This document shows positions 50,262 through 63,893 of a DNA stretch of 64,000 nt, in pieces. How positions within the stretch are numbered: the first letter of the stretch is position 1; the number at the start of each line of letters is the position of its first letter. The position numbers were made by a program, and so were the translations under genes. The notes below the pieces were generated by a model that had not been told where the DNA came from, made no database searches, and was given only the letters and a program-made list of their open reading frames with translations. The DNA comes from Octopus vulgaris (Eukaryota), in the NCBI GenBank assembly GCA_951406725.2, contig OX597818.1:19840001-19904000 (forward strand), in the 5' to 3' direction.

Positions 50262-51340
50262 CAAAGGCAGCTGCAGGAGAAGTACCCTACCAAAAATAAA
50301 CCTTTGTACCTAGCTTTGTTGACATTGAGAAAGCCTTTGACAGGGTTCGCCAATCCCTTATGCAAAAAGCTAGGAATAGATGAGTGGTTGGTTAGAGCTG
50401 AACAAGCCATGTACAGGGAAGCTGACAAAGTGAGGGTTGGCAATGAGTATAGTGATGAATTCAAGGTACAAGTAGGGATTCACTAAGGATCAGTCGTCAG
50501 CCCTCTCTTGTTCATCATAGTTCGCCAGGCAATAACAGAGGACACATAAGAAGTGCAGCAATATCAGAGGAAGGTTAACAGGGAAAATAATTTTTGTGTG
50601 TGGAAGGTGTGCAAGTACAATGAATAATAATGATTTACAGAAAATAGACTCCATCAAATGCTAGGGGAGAAACTAGAAGTAGTTGATAGCTTCGGCTATC
50701 TAAGTGACCAAGTCAGTGGTAGAGGTGGATGCTCCAAGAGCATAGCTGCTAGAATAAGAATAGGCTGAACAAAGTTCAGAGAACACCTATCTCTATTAGT
50801 AACTAAGGGCCTCTCCCACAGAGTGAAAGGCAGACTGTATGATGTCTGTGTATGAATGGCCATGCTACACAGCAGTGAAGCATGGGCTGTGAATGTCGAG
50901 TACATGCATAAGCTTGAAAGAAATAAAGCAAGTATGCTTTGCTGGATGTGCAATGTCAGTGTGCACGTACAACAGTGTGTAAGTGTCTTGAGAGAAAAGT
51001 TGGGCATAAGAGACATCAGATGTGGTATGAAAGAGAGACAACTATGCTGATATGATCATGTGATGCATATGGATGAGGACAGCTGTGTAAAAAAAGTGTC
51101 ACACTCTAACTGTGGAGGGAACCTGTGATAGAGGTAGACCCAGGAAGTCATAGGATAAGGTGGTAAAGCATGATCTTCAAACATTGGGCTACATGAAAAC
51201 AATAAGTGACTGAGACTTTTAGTGATATGTTGTGCTTGATAAAATGTGTCAAGCCAAGAGAAACTGTAGTCATGGTTGATGCTGGTGTCACGTAACTGGT
51301 ACACATGGTAGTGGCACATAAAAAGCACCTGCTTGATATA
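50262..51340 (+). mobile_element. Older degraded copy of the main RTE family with internal deletion
   Basis: RQLQEKY, KLGIDEWLVRA, AMLHSSEAWAV, LREKLGIR. Confidence 0.85.
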
Positions 51341-52103
51341 GCTGGATGCTTTATTGTAGTTCCTCTCCCCACCTGCCCTACACATTTTTTGACATTCAGG
51401 AACTTTTCATATTTCCAAGCCTCTTTGTTCTTAGTGGCAGTGAAAATAAGTATACATCTGTTATTTCAAATACAGTTCCCACCCCCACCTCCCACGAGAT
51501 ATACTGTTTCACATTATAGAACATCTCAGAATTCTGATCCTCTCATTACAGAGCATTGGCAAATCTCCTGAGTGCAGTTACTCTCCATGTTATGTGAACT
51601 TGACACCTTGCTTCCTTTCTTATTACTTGGTATTATTCCTAAGGCAAAACATTTGTCATTTGGACATCAATGTAATTTTTTTTCACCAAACTCTACCTTT
51701 ACCTCTAATCTCATCTCAGAAATAACTTCAAATTTGGATATCTATGTTAACCAGAATTAGATAATTCTTAACATGTCTGAGTGGTTTACATCTAAATCAA
51801 CACTGGTAATTCAAGACAAAACAGCAGAAGTTCACAAGGGAGATTGATCTCAGAATATATATTTTCTAACAATATATATATCTATATCTTTTTATAAATA
51901 AAGCATCCGCTACACTCTCAGAGTGGTTGGCGATGGGAAGAGCATCCAGCTGTAGAAACACTGCAAGATCTGATTGGAGCCTGATGTGGCCTCCTGGCTT
52001 GCCAGTCCCTGATCAGACCGTCCAACCCATGCCACCATGGAAAACGGATATTAAACAATGATGATGATCTATATATATTTATATATATTTATATATATAT
52101 ATA

Positions 52104-53801
52104 TCATCATCATCATTTAGCGTCCGCTTTCCATGCTAGCATGGGTTGGACGGGTCAACTGGGGTCCGTGAAGCTGGAAAGCTTCGTCAGGCCCAGTCAG
52201 ATCTGGCAGTGTTTCTACGGCTGGATGCCCTTCCTAACGCCAACCACTCCGCGAGTGTAGTGGGTGTTTTTTACGTGCCACCTGCACAGGTGCCAGACAG
52301 AGCTGGCAAACGGCCACGAACGGATGGTGCTTTTACGTGTCACCGGCACGGGGGCCAGCCGAGGCTGGCAACGGACACAAACGGATGGTGCTTTTACGTG
52401 CCACCGACACGGGGCCAGACAGAGCTGGCAAACGGCCACGAACGGACGGTGCTTTTATGTGTCACCGGCACGGGGGTCAGCCGAGGTTGGCAACGAACAC
52501 GAACGGATGGTGCTTTTACATGCCACCGACACGGGGCCAGACAGAGCTGGCTAACGGCCACGAACGGACGGTGCTTTTACGTGTCACCGGCACAGGGGCC
52601 AGCCGAGGCTGGCAACGGACATGAACAGATGGTGCTTTTACGTGCCACCAACACGGGGCCAGACAGAGCTGGCAAACGGCCACGAACGGACGGTGCTTTT
52701 ACGTGTCACCGGCACGGGGCCAGGCGAGGCTGGCAACGAACACGAACGGATGGTGCTTTTACGTGCCACCGACACGGGGGCCAGACAGAGCTGGCAAACG
52801 GCCACGAGCGAATGGTGCTTTTACGTATCACCGACACGGGTGCCAGACAAGGCTGGCAGCGGACACGAACGGATGGGTCACTTAACCCCTGCTTTCCGAT
52901 ATATGATTTGATTTTGATTGTTCTCACTGGTCTTGCCGGGTCTTCTGACACACAGCATACTTCCATAGGTCTCGGTCTCTGGTCATTTCTTTGGTGAGAC
53001 CTAGAGTTCGAAGGTCATGCTTCACCACCTCGACCCAGGTTTTCCTGGGTCTACCTCTTCCACAGGTCCCCTCAACTGCCAGGGTGTGGCACTTTTTCAC
53101 ACACCTATCTTCATCCATTCTCGCCACATGACCATACCAGCGCAATCGTCTCTCTTGCACACAACATCTGATGCCTCTTAGGTCCAACTTTTCTCTCAAG
53201 GTACTTACACTCTGTCGACTATGAACACTGACATTACACATCCAACGGAGCATACTAGCTTCATTTCTCGCAAGCTTACGCATGTCCTCAGCAGTCACGG
53301 CCCATGTTTCACTGCCATGTAGCATGGCTGTTCGTACACATGCATCATACAGTCTGCCTTTTACTCTGAGCGAGAGGCCTTTATTCACCAACAGAGGTAA
53401 GAGCTCCCTAAACTTTGCCCAGGCTATTCTTACTCTAGCCGTTACACTTTCAGCACACCCACCCACACTACTGACTTGGTCACCAAGATAACGGAAGCTA
53501 TCCACTACTTCTAGTTTTTCCCCCTGGAAAGTGACGGAAGTTGTTTTCTGCAGATTTTCAGAGGTTATGCTCCTGAGCATCTGCCACATACAAAAACCAT
53601 CTTCCTAGTTAGCCTTCCTATGACATTACTGCACCTCTTATGTGTCCATAGCTTACACTTGGTGCATCTTATAGAGTTTCTACCTACACCTTTTCTACAG
53701 ATCGAGCAGGGCCATCTACCTGAAGGCGTTTGTGATTTGTCTACCTTCCTACTTATTACAACTTTGGTTTTAGCTAGGTTGACTCTAAGGCCCTTCGATT
53801 C
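52104..53801 (-). mobile_element. 5'-truncated RTE copy with 3'-UTR ~61-bp unit expanded to about 10 copies
   Basis: ORF 52924-53589 is the RTE C-terminus; array at 52260-52880; flanked by (TA)n on both sides; tail-to-tail with a degraded tail at 51900-52070. Confidence 0.93.
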
Positions 53802-53886
53802 TATATATATATATATCTATATATATATATATATATATACATATGTAAGAAATTCACAATGCATATTAGATTCTTCCTGCTACTTT

Positions 53887-54005
53887 TTAATTCTTGAATA
53901 TGATTAGAGCAATTATGATTCCCAGGAGAAGGTTTGTGCATGGTCTGAATATGTAAAACCCTGAGTCAGTATCATCATCAGTTTTTACTCCTGGTGAAGC
54001 AGCAC
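53887..54005 (-). CDS. Terminal exon of Ig-like protein A encoding a GPI-signal-like tail (C-AASPGVKTDDDTDSGFYIFRPCTNLLLGIIIALIIFKN*)
   Basis: atctttgcag acceptor, phase 1 matches the upstream exon; small-residue omega-like DSG, spacer, terminal hydrophobic stretch, TAA. Confidence 0.75.
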
Positions 54006-55887
54006 CTGCAAAGATAATCAATATAATACATAACTTAGTATTTATTAAAAATAAGTATATTTGTGTAATTTAAGAGGTTCCAATTAGCCAAATGAGTTTT
54101 ATTTAGTCTGAAGAAACGTACTGTTTATAAAATTTTTACTTCTGGACTCAGGAATAGGGTTAATTGGATGAAGTTATAGATTAATTTGGATCTTTGGATA
54201 CAATCATGTTGACTCAGTTTAGTGACTGAGTGGAAAATACAGAAATGTGGAGTTTCATGTTGTTGAATTTATGGGAGAAATGATTGGGCAATGTGTTGAG
54301 AATAGTGTTTAGATATAAAATGAATGGTTTATTTAAGTGTAGCTTTTCGACTACAAGTTATAATGAACAGGTGTTGTTGTAGTGATATTAGAAGTCCTAT
54401 GGTAGAAGCCTATTAGAAGATGATTTTGGTAGACTAATGAGGTTGAGGGATATGAAAAAGTATCATGGTAAGGAGCAATGATAGAGTAGAGTCAGTAGGT
54501 GGTCACAAGGTAGAGGTTTGCAGTATAGATTATGGTAGACTACAGCGGGTACATGGTTAATGAGTAGAGGGTAGTGAAAAGTATCATGGCTAGCTATGGT
54601 AGATTACACTTGATAGATAGCAAATGAAATAGAGGGATGTAGAAAGTTATGGTCTATAGGAAATGGCTGGTATAAACAAATTACCATAACAGAAGAGTGT
54701 ATATCTAGGATAATATTATCTAATATCACCCTTCATTTTTAAGATGTCAGGATGTGATAGGAGGTATTTCTAATCAGTGATTACACTGGTGCTTCTTTGC
54801 TGGCTCTAAAAGTATATTATAGAGAACTAAGTGATATTTAAGCCAATTAACTTTCTTATTGTAGATGGAGCATAGTAATTACTTCTACTACCATTCAAAG
54901 TTTCTATTCACAACTGCTCATGGAAACATAAATCTGCTCTAGATTCCATATTTAATTGCCAATGGTACAAGTATCACTTCTACTATTTTAATTCTTGTCA
55001 TATCTAAAGCACCTTACTACATATGTTTCAATGACCATGATGTACATTGCTGTCCTATATGCACAAAAAGATGACAAATGTCTTTTTTCTTATCTCCTAA
55101 CATACATAAATCATTCCAAAGGTTAGGGTTAGGGTTAGGTTAGGGTTCCTTAATATTTGGAGAGTTATTAAGCCTTATTATTTAGAGAGTAACAATTTCA
55201 TAATATAAAGAGAGTAGCAACGGTGGTGAACTGGCAGAATCATTAGCATGCCAGGCAAAATGTTTAACAGCATTTTGTCTGTCTTTACATATTGAGTTCA
55301 AATGCTGCTATGGTCAACTTTGCCTTTCATTCTCTCAGGGTTGGCAAAATAAGAACCAGCTGAGTACTGGGCGCGATGTAATTGATTCACCCCTGCCCAA
55401 AAATTACTGGCCTTGTGCCAAAATGTGAAACCAATATAAAGAGACTAGTAGATCTTTAATATTTACAGAATAACAGAGTTCCATAATATTTTGAGAGTAA
55501 TATATATTTGATATTTGAAGAGTAACAGATCCTTAATATTTGAGAACTAACAGCTCCTTAATATACAGAGAGTATTAGACCCTTAATTTTTAGAGAGTAA
55601 CAGATCCTTACAAGTATTTAAATGAGATCGCAGATCATTTTAATATGATTCTTTTAAGGAAGATTTAATAGTGTTTATAGCAGTAGACATAAAAGCACAT
55701 TATGAGTGACACTAATATCAGGATCATCCAATTTACAATAAATATATTAATTATGAAATAACACACAAAATATATTTTAAGGAAGTTGAGAATGATACAA
55801 AAAGTTTACAGTCAATATATTTAAGCATTAAAAAATTAAACACAATTTTCAATATAATTTATAAACATTATGAAAATACTCCCTTAC

Positions 55888-56050
55888 ATTGAAAGTCTAT
55901 AAATCGTTTCTCCTTGAATAAATCTTTCATAGTGAAAATACATTCCACTTTTCCAGTAGCTGAAGAACTAACATTTAGTATAACATCATTGGTGACAGTT
56001 TTCCCATCAGGACATGTATTTCTTTGGATTGCAATAAATTCAGTAGGAAT
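55888..56050 (-). CDS. Exon of protein A, second half of Ig-like domain (IPTEFIAIQRNTCPDGKTVTNDVILNVSSSATGKVECIFTMKDLFKEKRFIDFQ)
   Basis: Strong pyrimidine tract + cag, gtaagg donor, 163 nt phase 0 to 1, open; beta-strand pattern with G-x-V-x-C. Confidence 0.8.
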
Positions 56051-56073
56051 CTGAGAGGAAAAAAAGAAAAGCT

Positions 56074-56108
<35 letters not shown>

Positions 56109-57110
56109 CAGAGACAGAGAGAGAGAGAGATGGTTAGAGAGAACGAGAGAGAAGATAATTAAAAAGCATCAGGAAGTACACTTTTATTCTCTCACATTCA
56201 TTTCTCTATTCATTTCTAATTAAATTTCTTGACTTATTAACATAATTATTTGATACAATATTATTAGGATACTCTAACAAGTAACCAGAACTAACTATGG
56301 CACATGAAAGACCTACATGGATGACTTACTTGATATTATGAATAAGTTCTTCGCTGATATAGTATAAGAGAAGTTGATAGAACAAGCATTGAACACAGTT
56401 CTAAATATACAACACTTTTATTCCAGAAACCATCTTCTGCAACTAAGTGTTATCACACAAAATTTGTTGACTTTGTCAAAGTATATCTTTCATTAACTAA
56501 AAGGACTTGGAGATATTCTGAAATTTGAGTTTGACATTTTAGTTTTATTCCACTATACTGAAAAACATGACACAAATCAAGGAAACACACACAACATCCT
56601 TACCATTCCTAAACAACACACAATTAAGCTTTTGCACATTCTCTATGAATTTTAGGTTATACTGTCTCTTAGAACCTCTCATTGTAGTTTCTACAAATAC
56701 CAGATAACCAAGACTGCATCACTAAAACTGTTTCCTTTTAAGGATCAAAAATATTGGAGTAGAAATAAAAAATTCTAAAACTTATATAAGGCTCAAGTCC
56801 TAGAGAAATACAGATGGAATTATAGATGTTATTACACCCAAAGACTGCAATCCAATATGATTACAATAGTTAAAAAGGAATCCAGAATCAAAAACAATGA
56901 TTGTGTAGTAAAGTAGTAGCTAGACAAGTGACCACATAGTCCATCAGTTCAAATTTTACTGAAGTCCTTGTGCTGTGCTCCTGACCAAGGCACATAATTA
57001 TGCTTGTTCCAAATTGTTTGTCTAATATAAATATTCCACTCCTTACCCCAAAGTTGAGTAGGTTAATGGTACAAAGATAAACACAGATAAAAAGAATTCT
57101 GTTTACTTAC

Positions 57111-57211
57111 CTTTCTAATGTAACATTCTATACGTGTCGCAGGTAAAGAACATTGTGCTGTTACATTGTATATACAATTTCTTATTACCTTGATCTCCAA
57201 CTTTGGTTTCA
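57111..57211 (-). CDS. Exon of protein A, first half of Ig-like domain (KPKLEIKVIRNCIYNVTAQCSLPATRIECYIRK)
   Basis: attttacag acceptor, gtaagt donor, 101 nt phase 1 to 0; V-x-P-x-L start and P-A-x-x-I pattern of C2-type Ig domains. Confidence 0.8.
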
Positions 57212-57290
57212 CTGTAAAATATGTCACAAATATGATTACATGTGAGTATAGGCAACCATCCCACACTTATAAATTCTTCTTCATAAGAAG

Positions 57291-60200
57291 ATAAGGTAAT
57301 CGAGGTAGTCAGAGTAAGTGATAGAGTACTTAAGATTAGATTAGTGCTTCACCATAGGTCAGCTACCATCATCTCGGCATATGCCCCTCAACCAGGGCTA
57401 CCGGAAGGACAGAAAGACCAATTCTACGACACCCTATTGCGGACTACCTCGTTGACAAATGACAGTGACCTTCTCTTTGTGGCAGGTGATTTCAATGGAC
57501 ATGTTGGACGGCATGTCGGGGGCTTCCATGGCGTTCATGGAGGCTATGGTTTTGGCTCTCGAAATGAGGAGGGAACCAGGCTGCTGGACTTCTGCGATGC
57601 AAATCACCTTATGGTTTGCAATACCAACTTCAGGAAACCCACCTCTCACCTAGTCACCTACTGTTCTGGTAGACACACTAGTCAGATTGACTACATCCTC
57701 GCCAGAAAGAGGGAAAGAGGGCTGCTTATAAATGCCAAAACCTTTCCAGGCGAAGAATGTACTCCTCAACATAGATTAGTAGTTAGCGACATCAGGATCA
57801 GAGCTAAATGGTTGCCCAGAAGAAGACCAGCTTGGAGGAGAAGGGTCTGGAAGCTTAAAGATCCTGCAAATGGACAGAGATTTAGAGACATACTACTCGA
57901 AGCCTTTGATGAAATAGAAGGGGATATAGCTTCACTTAATGTGGAAGACAACTGGAGATTTCTACGGGACAATCTGCTGACAGCCACTGACCAGATCTGT
58001 GGATGGAGCAAAGTCCCATCTCGACCCAGAGTAACGTGGTGGTGGAACAATGTGGTTGACAAGGCTATTAGACAAAAGAAACAGGCTTGGAGGGACTGGA
58101 AGAACGGTGGTAGCAGGGAATTGTATCAGACAGCCAGAAGGGAAGCTAGGAGACAGGTGTATTTAGCCAGAGGGGAAGCGGATAAGAAAAAATTTGCCAA
58201 TGTTCTGCGCCGTGAGGATGAAAGACTTGAGGTGTTTCGTGTTGCAAGACAGTGTGAGAGAGAATCGTGATGTGGTAGGAAAGAAATGTGTCCGCATGGA
58301 TGATGGTTCACTTGCACTAAATGAGGATGCAAAGAGAGAGGTTTGGAAATGCCACTATGAAAGGTTGCTGAATAAAGAAAATGAATGGGATAAAGAGAGT
58401 CTGCCAAATGTCAACCCAACAGAGGGACCAGCCATCCAAGTTGATAATTCTTTGATAGTTAAAGCAATTAGAAGCATGAAGACAGGGAAAGCCCCAGGTC
58501 CATCAGAAATTACTACAGAGATGCTCAAAATATCTGGCAGTGTGGCTATAACCTAGTCACCAGTATAGTTAACCAGGTGATACACGAAGGAGTCATACCC
58601 AATGACTGGTGTAGCAGCATACTAGTCAACTGCTACAAAGGTAAAGGAGACGCCCTAGATACAAATAATTACAGAGGTATCAAGCTGTTGGATCAGGTAA
58701 TGAAGGTTACAGAGAGGGTCATAGCCCAACTGATTAGGGAGAGAGTCAACTTGGACGAGATGCAGTTTGGTTTCATGCCAGGGAAAAGCACCACTGATGC
58801 CATATTTCTGGTGAGACAGCTGCAGGAGAAATACCTAGCCGAAGATAAGCCCCTGTACCTGGCTTTCGTTGACATGGAGAAAGCCTTTGACAGGGTCCCC
58901 TGATCCCTTATCTGGTGGTTAATGAGGAAACTAGGGATAGATGAATGGCTGGTGAGGGCTGTGCAAGCCATGTACAGGGATGCCGTAAGTAAGGTTAGGG
59001 TTGGCAACATGTACACAGAAGAATTCAAAGTAGAGGCTGGGGTCCACCAGTGTTCAGTACTCAGCCCCCTCCTATTTATCATAGTCATACCAGGCAATTA
59101 CGGAGGAATTCAAGACAGGTTGCCCCTGGGAGCTCCTATATGCTGATGACCTTGCTCTAATTGCTGAGTCACTATCAGAACTGGAGGAGAAGTTCCAGGT
59201 GTGGAAGGAGGGTCTAGAATCGAGGGGCCTTAGAGTTAACCTAGCTAAAACCAAAGTACTAATAAGTAGGAAGGTAGACAATCCACAAATGTCTTCAGGA
59301 AGATGGCCCTGCTCGATCTGTAGAAAAGGTGTAGGTAGAAACTCTATAAGATGTACCCAGTGTAAGCTATGGACACATAAGAGGTGCAGCAATGTCAAAG
59401 GAAGGCTAACTGGGAAGATAGTTTTTGTATGTAGCAGATGCTCGGGAGCATTAACCTCTGAAAATCTGCAGAAAACAACTTTCATCACTTTCCAGGGGGA
59501 AAAACTAGAAGTAGTTGATAGCTTCCGTTATCTTGGTGACCAAGTCAGTAGTGGGGGTGGGTGTGCTGAAAGTGTAACGGCTAGAGTAAGAATAGCCTGG
59601 GCAAAGTTTAGGGAGCTCTTACCTCTGCTGGTGACTAAAGGCCTCTCGCTCAAAGTAAAAGGCAGACTGTATGATGCATGTGTACGAACAGCCATGCTAC
59701 ATGGCAGTGAAACATGGGCCGTGACTGCTGAGGACATGCGTAAGCTTGCGAGAAATGAAGCCAGTATGCTCTGATGGATGTGTAATGTCAGTGTGCATGC
59801 TCGACAGAGCGTTAGTACCCTGAGAGAAATGTTGGACTTAAGGAGCATCAGTTGTGGTGTGCAAGAGAGACGATTGCGCTGGTATGGTCATGTGGCGAGA
59901 ATGGATGAAGATAGGTGTGTGAAAAAGTGCCAATCCCTAGCAGTGGAGGGAATCCGTGGAAGAGGTAGACCCAGGAAAACTTGGGACGAGGTGGTGAAGT
60001 ACGACCTTCGAACTTTAGGTCTCACTGAGGAAATGACCTGTGACTGAGACCTTTGGAAATATGCTGTGTGTGAAATGACCAGGCAGGACAAGTGAGTCCA
60101 GCTCACTTATGCATGCCTTTCCTCCCTTGGACACACAAAGACCTGTTGAGGCAAGCGAAGTCGATATCGAACCTCATCCGACGACAGGCACCTTATGCAT

Positions 60201-60631
60201 GCCTTTCCTCCCTTGGACACACAAAGACCTGTTGGGGCAAGTGAAATCGAAATCGGAATCGAAATTGAACCAATCCTATGACTGGCAACTGGCAGATGCC
60301 AGGACCCCTGGACTGGAGATACGTAAAAAGCACTATCGGAATCGTGGCTGATACCAGCACCGCCTCGACTGGCTTCCGTGCAGGTGGCACATAAAATGCA
60401 CCAATCCGACCGTGGCCGATGCCAGCCTTGCCTGGCTCCAGTGCAGGTGGCACGTAAAAAGCACCCACTACACTCACGGAGTGGTTGGCGTTAGGAAGGG
60501 CATCCAGCTGTAGAAACATTGCCAGATAAGACCGGAGCCTGGGGCAGCCTTCTGGCTTCCCAGATCCCCGGTCGAACCGTCCAACCCATGCTAGCATGGA
60601 GAACGGACGTTAAACGATGATGATGATGATG
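57291..60631 (+). mobile_element. 5'-truncated disrupted RTE copy in an intron of gene A (antisense)
   Basis: ORF pieces 57344-60047 match the 1055-aa protein; frameshifts and stops; (gat)n tail. Confidence 0.95.
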
Positions 60632-60785
60632 CTGAATGTAGTAGAACATTTGTCTTTTGACTTAGAGACCAAAGGTAGCTTTTCTTTGATGACCTTTGCA
60701 CCTTTTTCTCAATGCATAAAAAATAACTTCAAAAAGCTGACGTATCCTGTGCATGTGTGTGTGTATGATCATATGTATGTGTGTG

Positions 60786-60818
<33 letters not shown>

Positions 60819-60859
60819 ATTGGTACCTTGACTTACAAGTGTTCTAACTAATGAGATTT

Positions 60860-61860
60860 TTGAGATACAAGCTGTCTCTCGGCCGAATTTTTGCTTTGAG
60901 TTGTGAGCTAAAATTCGGGTTATGAGCCATTTTCAGATACCCCATTGCTAGTTGGCATAGCGAATGCCACAGTGAATGCTCTAACATCTGCTCAGCATTC
61001 TGTGTCTCACTCGATAGCTGGACAAACATTCATGTTAGCAAGTACAAAGCTCATTAGTAGATGGATAACTAGACAGACGTGTGTGTTAGCAAGTGTGAAG
61101 ATTGTTAGTGGAATGTTAGCTGGACAGGTGATAAAATGCTTACTTAGTCATTGCAGGGTACAGAAGCATCAGTGTTATGCTTGCAATTTTGCTTGCAGTT
61201 ATTTTGCAAAACTTCATTTTTCCAATCACAAGTCGAAAGAAAGTGAATGCAAAGGACAGTGCCAAGAAGAATTGGATGATGTGCATTGAATTGAAGAGAG
61301 AAATTATCAAAAGAGATGACCATGATGATGTGTATAGTCAACTTGGCAAAGCAGTATGAGCATAGCACTTCTATAATGTGCACCATACTGAAGCAGAAGG
61401 AACCAAAGGCATTAAAATAATTTCTAAACAGCAGATACCTATCCATGAAAATATGGAGAAGCTACTGATGGTGTGGTTGACAGAGAAACAGCTGATAGGA
61501 GATACCATGACGGAGACTATAATCTGCGAGAAGGCACGAGCTATTTACACTGATTTGCTGCAGCAGACCCCAGGCATTGGTTTGGATGAGGCATAAGGTG
61601 AGCCATTTAAAGTCAGTCAGGGCTGGTTCGAGAATTTTAAAAAGAGGACTGGCATTCACTCTCTTGTCAGGCATAGTGAGGCAATGAGCGCAGATATGAA
61701 GGCACTTTTGCCGGAATTATAGCAGCTGAAGGAAATATCCCCAAGCAAGTCTTCAACTGTGATGAGACAGGACTTTTTTGGAAGATGCCAAGAAAGACTT
61801 ATATAATGGCAGAGGAGAAGAGGATGCCTGCCACAAACCCATGAAGGATAGATTAGCTGA
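60860..61860 (+). mobile_element. Tigger/pogo-like transposase remnant
   Basis: IELKREII (psq HTH), MEKLLMVWLTEKQ...IICEKAR (CENP-B HTH), GWFENFKKR, QVFNCDETGLFWK. Confidence 0.88.
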
Positions 61861-62656
61861 TCGAGAAATTAATTTTTTGTAACTAAACACTTTCAAACTT
61901 CGGACACTGGTAGAATGTGTCATATAAAACATCTTTTACTCTTAGTGTTGTTGAGAAAAGTTTATATTTTCAAAGTTATTTCATGTTAAAGTTGTCGTAT
62001 TTCAGTAATTTCAACCAATCAATGACGTGTATTCAGCTGATTAAAATTACTGCCGTTGTTTGTCAACAACAACTATCAGCGGTGAACAAAATCCTTAGGT
62101 CCTACTCACTCATGGATGCATGTCAGATATTATTGCCAGAGGGCTTCAGAGTAAATACTGGATAAGGGTCTGTGCCTAAAATGTCTAGAGCAAGGCTATC
62201 AGGGGTTGCAACCTACAGTCCTTAAGCAACATTGTAAAGTTTAATAATAGAAAGAAAAAAAACAGCTAAGTTTACAGTGATACTGTAAACTTAGCACCTC
62301 TTGATTCTAGTTCTTGTCTCCATCTCTGGAATTTATTCTCTAAATCTTCTACTTACTTGCTATAAGGACTAAATCATCATTATAAAGGAGTTTACATGAA
62401 CAGCTGGTCTTAAATTCTTGTTTGTACCTGGAGGATTTCATTGGGCTACATAGACAGTGGTGCATTGGTATTTCTGATACTATTCAAATTTTTTTTTTTT
62501 TTTTTTTGTCACAAATATGATACCAGAAATTGTCAAACATTTGTATAGAAATTAAGTAGTAACTTAGACTGGTGACCACTGAAACATGGCCAGGATATTA
62601 GAAAGATAATACAACAATTAAACTAATTCATTTGGTTAAGTATCCAACAAGAGATA

Positions 62657-63893
62657 CAAGGGTGGGCTGAAAAGTTCATAGGTTGACTATGAAGATGTGA
62701 TGCATTAATTTCAACACTTCTTATTAATAACCACATTGTTTCTTTCCACGTAACTGAAATATAACTATTCAAAGAAGATTTAAATGTGACTAGTAGCAAC
62801 TCCTCTTGAAAATGGACAGAATATTGCATCATGGTGTTATCAAGAAGGGTTTAGCCCACAAAAGCATTCATGCTGACATGGTTGCTACATTAGGGAATGA
62901 TACTCCAACTTTATCAACAGTACAAAAAGAACAGGGCAGCTGAATTTAGGAGGGGAAGGGAGAGTTCTGAAGATGACCCAATGTCTGGAAGCCCTGCAAC
63001 TGCCACCAGCAAGGAAAACATTGATCATGTTCACTTCATGGTGATAGATGACAGGTAATTGAGTATAAATCAAATAGCCATTGCTATTGCCATATCCTGT
63101 GAGAGGGTTCAGAATATTCTGCACTATGAACTTGGCATGGTGAATGTTTCTGCTTGGTGAGTGCCACATCTGACACCTGATCAAAAATGCACCATGCTGA
63201 TTACATCACAGGAAAATCTGACATTGTTTGGGGCAGATCCAGCTGGTTTTCTTGAAAATCTCCCAACCCAGGATGAGTATCAAGTTCAACATTTTGAGCC
63301 AGAGACAAAGGGATAAACCATGTAGTGGAAACACTCCCTCCTAGCCTGCACCAAAGAAGGCCAAGGTTGTTTCATCTGCAGGGAAGGTGATGATCTCAGT
63401 TATGGGGAATGCAAAAGGCATCAGAAGAGCTACACCATCAATGGAAAGTATGCCAACTTGCTGAGGTAGTTACAAATGCTATCAAGACCTAACGCCCAGG
63501 AAAACTGATGAAAGGGTCTCGTTTCATCAAGACAATGCTCCAGCACACAAGTCTTCGGTTTTAATGGCTGCTGTGAGTGTATTTGGCTTTGAACTGGTTG
63601 ATCAGCTTCCCTGTTCTCCTTATTCAACCTCATGTGACTAATTATCTGTTCCTCAACATGAAAACCACATGGCTGGGAGCTAGAATTGCAGTGACGATGA
63701 TGTCATATCTAGTGTTTTTTACTTTTTACTTTTTTACTAATAGGATGAAAGCTTTTTCACCAATGGGATTCAAGCACTGCAACACCAATGGAAGAAATGT
63801 GTAGCCTGCAAGGGGGCTAAGTTGAAAAATCTCATTTGGTCACGTTCCATGAGAGTATCTTGGTCAGCTTATGAACTTTTCAGCTGGACCTCA
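62657..63893 (+). mobile_element. Full-span degenerate mariner element (~1.24 kb) with both TIRs and TA flanks
   Basis: ta-caagggtgggctgaaaagttcatag ... cttatgaacttttcagctggacctca-ta; remnants of VPH, FEPETK, PKKAKVVSSAGKVM, FHQDNAPAH. Confidence 0.88.

Noticed and set aside
52260-52880. CRISPR-like repeat/spacer appearance
   Set aside because: The spacers are two alternating recurrent sequences, the array lies inside a LINE 3' UTR, there are no cas genes and the context is eukaryotic.
62240-62480. Possible upstream exon of gene A with gtaagt donor
   Set aside because: Translates as EFKT...DDLVLIA...LENKFQRWRQELESRG, a degraded RTE RT fragment.
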